Shown piece after piece: positions 58,714 to 64,000 of a stretch of 64,000 bases of DNA. Position numbers and translations under genes: made by a program. Source of the stretch: Schmidtea polychroa. Its lineage: Eukaryota. A model generated the notes under the pieces. It saw only the letters and a list, made by a program, of their open reading frames with translations. It did no database searches and had not been told where the DNA came from. The DNA lies in assembly GCA_044892525.1 (NCBI GenBank), contig CM097885.1, forward strand, positions 235,850,001 to 235,914,000. Reading direction: 5' to 3'. Numbering within the stretch: the stretch's first letter is position 1; every line of letters begins with the position of its first letter.

Positions 58714-60283
58714 TGTGATACCCAGTGCAAATCCCAATAGTAAACTAGTTTCGAGCTTTTGGCTCTCATTAGTACTATGCAAGAGACGCGAAGATTTCTC
58801 TTAGGTTATTTAGGTTACTTAGTGGATGAATGTCGGTCAACCCTAGACACTAGGATGATTATTGTCTTTAAGCCTTAATGGACCCGTACATGTCCTTCTG
58901 CACGTACTTTGATACTGCACAATGGCCCGAGAGGTCAATGGACAAGTGAGCCTCGTTACTGCCACTACTCCCCATTCAGATATCGTTAACTTTACGCTGC
59001 TGCTTCTAGAAGGATTCACACCTAGGTATCCTAACCCGTTTACATCTTCTCGATACTGATCGTTACTCATAAATTTAATCAAACTCAATAAAAAATAAAA
59101 CAAAATCCTCACAAAGTCTAATACATTTATTTACGACAAAGAAATTTGTACAAAGTCTGTGTCCCATCGGTCTATGTCCACGTCCAGTATCCTCTCGTCA
59201 ATTTTACTCAGGTCATTGGCTATTTTCCATAAAATTTTGTCTAGGCAGAATTGACGAAGATCTTCCCTTTACAGTCTTCGTCTTCGGTGTAAACACTTTC
59301 CTTTGTTCAATTTTTAACTTCCGTTTCATGGACGAGGTTGGAGTGACTCGTCTGATCTCTGTCCTGTTTGAGATATTGGTATTAGCTTGGCTGGATTTAG
59401 ATATGGGATCCTCCTCTTTAGCTCCGTTTCGATATATACCATCATCAGGGCCTTGATTTATTCGTTGATCAACAACCATTGGACTCGATTTTCCGTACTT
59501 AACCCATCTATGGTCTGCTCGAGCCGCAATATTTTTTATTGAGTTCCTGGACCAGGTAGCTTGGTTCTTGTCCAACAATGCTTGGGTTTGATTTAACGGT
59601 TGTACGAGTTTTTCCGTCTCGTGTTAATTGAACGCAGAACAATCGGTATATATATATACCATATTTCTGGTGTGCAAGTATGTGTGCGTGCATTGATGGA
59701 GTAAACAAATTCGAATTATTTTAATTCTTGTTAATTTAGATTCTTTTTTTTGTCGATTTTATTTTTTTTTTGTAAATTAATTTTTGTTTTTATTTTCTAG
59801 ATTTTATTTTTGATTAAATTTGCCACTATATGGGGCATTTCCAGAACATTCCCTCCTATTTTGTAATATTTTAGTAGATAAATCTTATTTTATTTGCTTT
59901 TTTAGTAATTCATTTTTTATAATTTTATATTAAAACTTGGTTGTTTGGTTTTGCTAATTTTATTAGGTTTTTTGGCGGCCATGGATTTTGCCGATTTTTA
60001 TTTGTTTTCTATTATAATTTGGTCTTTAAATTATTTTTCTGTCCTAATTTTAATGAAAATTCTTTGATTTCCTGTTCTTATTTTGCTTTATCGCACTAAT
60101 TCGAATTTGTTTATTGTTGTTATGTGTTGTATTTGAGTAAGTTTCATGTAGTACTTCTTGCTTATTTTTAATTTTTCTTTTAATTTGGGTATTTTAGTTT
60201 TGTGTACAGTGTTTTCTGTTATTTTTTGTTTACTTGATGTTTCTTATGTTTTATTTTGTTATGTGCTGATGTATTCCGTCACA
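58714..60283. mobile_element. Putative solo-LTR-like element D
   Basis: TGTGA...TCACA candidate ends (no TSD); diverged motif 1 at 58860-59025, minus-strand AATAAA near 59127 and a decayed minus-strand ORF (59150-59640). Same layout as element A. Confidence 0.45.
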
Positions 60284-60595
60284 ATCCTAACTTTGGGTCT
60301 AAAATTCAGTTCTAGCACAATAAAGAGAATAAAATTAAACTTATTTTTGTATTCATTCCACTATAAAAATTAATTGATTTATTTTTAAGAGCTGTCCTAT
60401 TTTAATTGTTATGTTATTATTGAAGTCTTATTTATATTTTGAGTATTATATAATTATTTTAAATTATATTATTATTTTTGGTGTTAATTAAAAAAATTAT
60501 TAACAAATTGAATATTGTTATTAACGTCTGCTTTAACATTATTGTAATACTGTTACAAAATTACACAATAAAATAATTAAGTCCGATAAAACCAT

Positions 60596-62122
60596 GGTTT
60601 TGTGATATGTCATTACGCGACAACCTATCACGTTGAATAATAATTGTAAGATAAAAATCAATTTAGAAAATTGTATAAAATAAAATAATATTAAATTAAA
60701 TGTTTCATTCGTGTGATAAAAAAGCGATAGCTCTCAGAAAATCAACGTTTGACATCCTACTGTACCTTGAAACTGTTGTTTTCACTCTTCTGCGAATATT
60801 TCGATATCTTTTAGAAGTGACGTAATTCTGACCTGTTGTGAAACTTAAATATTCGGAAAATTGGTTTGCAATATCTTTTTTGATTCTTCAAAAAACTTCC
60901 AAATATTGGAATGATTACATTGAAAAAGAGACTGAAAAGAAAAGTGCCATCCTTTAACCGAATTCGTCGTCCTTGCGATTCCATCAACAGATGATTGATT
61001 TTGATTCCAGATTGTAATAGAAAAAAATTGGCTCACGGTAACTTTCAACTACTCCCGGTAGTCGTCTTCCCCGAATGTACGTTAGTTCGAAACATGACAG
61101 CAACTCCTGTGTTTTTTCTGTTACTGGAAAAAGGGCGCTAATTATGTTTGCTTCAGGCACCATCGCTAAAGCAGGAAGACAACGAATGAGCATTCTAAGT
61201 TCGTTATCGTGTTCATAATCACTCTGAAGACCGATATTACGAACTTTTCTTTGAACACTCTGACAGAGATGAAAATAACAGCCAGTTATTAGATAGCTCT
61301 ATAGATAGCTCGAAAAACATTTATTGCTGCCATTTCAAAATCAACCAAAATTTTTGTTGGGTTTGCTTCAGGAACCAAGATTGAAATCAGATTTACCATT
61401 CGAGTGTATGTTCGCATTGTTTTATTCTGCAAAAGGCAATATATTGCTGCTGGGCAATGTCCAGACGTAAGCTCAAAATAAATGGAATATAATTGAAAAA
61501 AAAATTGAGGGAACAACATCGAAGGTTCCATCCGCCAACCAAAGATTGACTCTTTCGAATCCAGGAAGTACACCTCGGGAACCGAATATAATTATTCTTC
61601 GTCTACAAGTATGATATCGTTAAAAAGTTCCGGAATTACTAAAAAACGTCTTGTGGAATACTGAGATTGTTAAGAGGATTATTTGAAGCCTTGGCTCGTT
61701 GTATTGTTCTTTTAAGAGATTGTTTTTAGGAAGTCCCAGCATTATATGAGTTGTCTTTTCGTTTACGGATCCAATAATAGAATTTAGATTTTCAGCAGTA
61801 GTTAATGCACGATTTTTCATTTCTTGAACTGCTATTCTTGCTAACAAATGCTCTATATTACTAGTGTGATAGTGAGCTGAATTATTTGTTATTGTAGCCT
61901 TACAACCAAACTTTGGATAAAACTTACATCTCCACTGAATAATTGTTTCTTGTTTCAATGCTTATTATATTCAAAATTTTCAAAAATTACTGTTTGTTTT
62001 CCCCTTGAAGAAACTCCAAATTCATATCAATCCATTTGTAATCGTTTATTTAATAAAATTATATTTATTAATTAAAAATATATGAAATGATAAGTTGTCG
62101 CGTGATAAATTGTCTGTACACG
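60596..62122 (-). mobile_element. Mutator (MULE) transposon with a decayed FLYWCH-MULE transposase
   Basis: Perfect 9-bp TSD TAAAACCAT (60587-60595, 62123-62131); imperfect TIRs (TTACGCGACAACCTATCA / TGATAAGTTGTCGCGTGA); WRCK..CKA, ILVDFEMAAIN, GCYFHLCQSV, RTTNSVKGWH. Confidence 0.92.
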
Positions 62123-64000
62123 TAAAACCATATATAAAATGTGCTAATTAATATTTACAGTTTCATCACGAATAATAAGTCAGAATGTTTAATAGTAAAT
62201 GTCAAATAAGCTGTTTTGATGTTATTGGTATTGGATTGGATTGAATTGACCCTGATTGATTGTTCTGCTCCTGTCATTCATCTTTTTTCTGCATATATGT
62301 TTACGCGATATTTGTTCCTTCCTAACCTGTAGTATTTCGTTAGTTCGAAGTTTTCGATTGATCTTCCAACAATTTATTATATTTGTTTTATTTACTTTTC
62401 TTAATTATTATATTTTTATTATGGTTTGCTTGATGTTTTTCGTATTATTTTAAGTATTTTTCTTGCGGTGTATGTGTTGGTGCCCTACTTTGTCTTTGCC
62501 TGGTTTTAGTCCAACATTACGAAGATTATGATGCACGTATTATTGCATTTTATATATATTAAAAAATTATCCAAATCACAAAACTATTATATCATTTCAA
62601 TTTCAATTATTCTTTTAGTGAAAAATCAAATATTAATATTAGAAAATCAGAAGTCATTAAAAAATCTTAAACACACTGAACACAGTAAATATGGGTATCA
62701 ATAAAGTCCAACATTTCATTAATATTTAGAAAGGTACAAATCACTGGATATTGAAACCAATGATAGTGGTTACACAAATTATTTTTTATTTTTTAAATGT
62801 TTTTATATATATTGAAGAGAGTTTTCAAAAAGGAAGCGGGAATAGAAAATCAGGAAATAAAAATAAAAATACGGAAAATGAAAATGGCATGTATTCACTT
62901 ACAGAAGAATTCAGCACCGTTAGTAGAAAAGGTTATAAATCGATTTTTTGTAATTTTTCTAGAAATTTAGATTTTTATAATTTATAATTCGTATTACAAT
63001 ATATTGTTACATATAATATATTAGCATATATTAGTTTTTCCACATTACCTAAAATTCCACTGAGTAATTGCATTAAGTTATTGTCTAAAATAAATACACA
63101 AAGATAAAGATTTTAAAGTCACATCTTGATTCGATGTTCTAATTTTTGAATTATTTAATAGAAATACTCGAATTGAAAGCTTTGAATCAAATTTGAAAAT
63201 AGTAGAACCGGATAAATATCGTTTTGCGTTAAAGGGGTAACGAAATGCAAAAAAAATGCTAATGTTCAGACCTTGCAATCTAAGTTTACCTTGCCTGTGG
63301 AGTCACAAAAGGCATACTAAAAGAGGGCTTATTTGGAGCGTTAGAGTTTCCTGACCTCCATTGGCTTAGGTCCCATTTGGCACAGTAGTCTACAGGAAAT
63401 GACCATTATGACAACTGCCTGACAATTATACTGGCCTGTGACATCCCGATAACCGAAATATACGTCAATTTACTTTTTTGCGATTGTTTTTTTAGTGTGG
63501 GCCAGAAATTTATGAAATATGGTAGAAATGACTTTGAAGCTTTAATATAAAAAAATGAAAAACGAAACTTGACTAACTTAAAATAGTTTTGATGGTATCA
63601 TATTTTTACATATTTTTGTATATTTTGTTAACCCTAAAATCCTGTGAATACCACGCCCCTGCTTTTTTTTTAAATTAAAACACGAACTTCAATAAATAAG
63701 TTATAAAATTTAAATTTTTAATTTTATCTGGCCAAAACCAATAAAATAATTGATTTATTATTTAAATCCATAAAAATAGTATCAAAAAAAAGAATCTCAT
63801 TTTCATGAGTAAAACACCTTGAAACAGTTGAACATGTTGAAATTTACAGTAATCGTGAATCAGGATGGGGATGCAATGTTAATGAAGCCTTAGTTAGAGA
63901 ATGAAAGAAAACATAAACCATTCTGGAAGCAATGAAGTCTAAAAAAGGGCCATATGAGAAAGAAGTACGCATTTACCAGTTTTGGAAGCTGAAATTAAGA

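Overview
AT-rich metazoan genomic DNA with 41-52 nt introns and abundant (AAT)n; a flatworm-like invertebrate is a guess, not established. It has three likely host genes: an ataxin-1/AXH-domain gene (13952-15128), an intronless RING-H2 ORF (36143-36886) and a 10-exon SLC35D-type nucleotide-sugar transporter (44939-51367). The rest is a dense, nested transposon landscape (hAT, pogo/Tigger, mariner, Merlin, MULE, Harbinger-like and Ginger-like MITEs, an RLE-type non-LTR fragment, and a decayed Ty3/Gypsy element). Two things stand out. (1) A family of TGT...ACA-bounded solo-LTR-like elements, the clearest being 3.86 kb with a 4-bp TSD and an orphan antisense ORF. They share two non-coding blocks whose stems show compensatory base changes and predicted pseudoknots, i.e. 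candidate undescribed structured RNAs. (2) An insert inside the Gypsy integrase that carries an intronless, in-frame chimeric fragment of proteasome subunit alpha-6 next to palindromic repeats (gene capture). All alignments and folds were done by eye.
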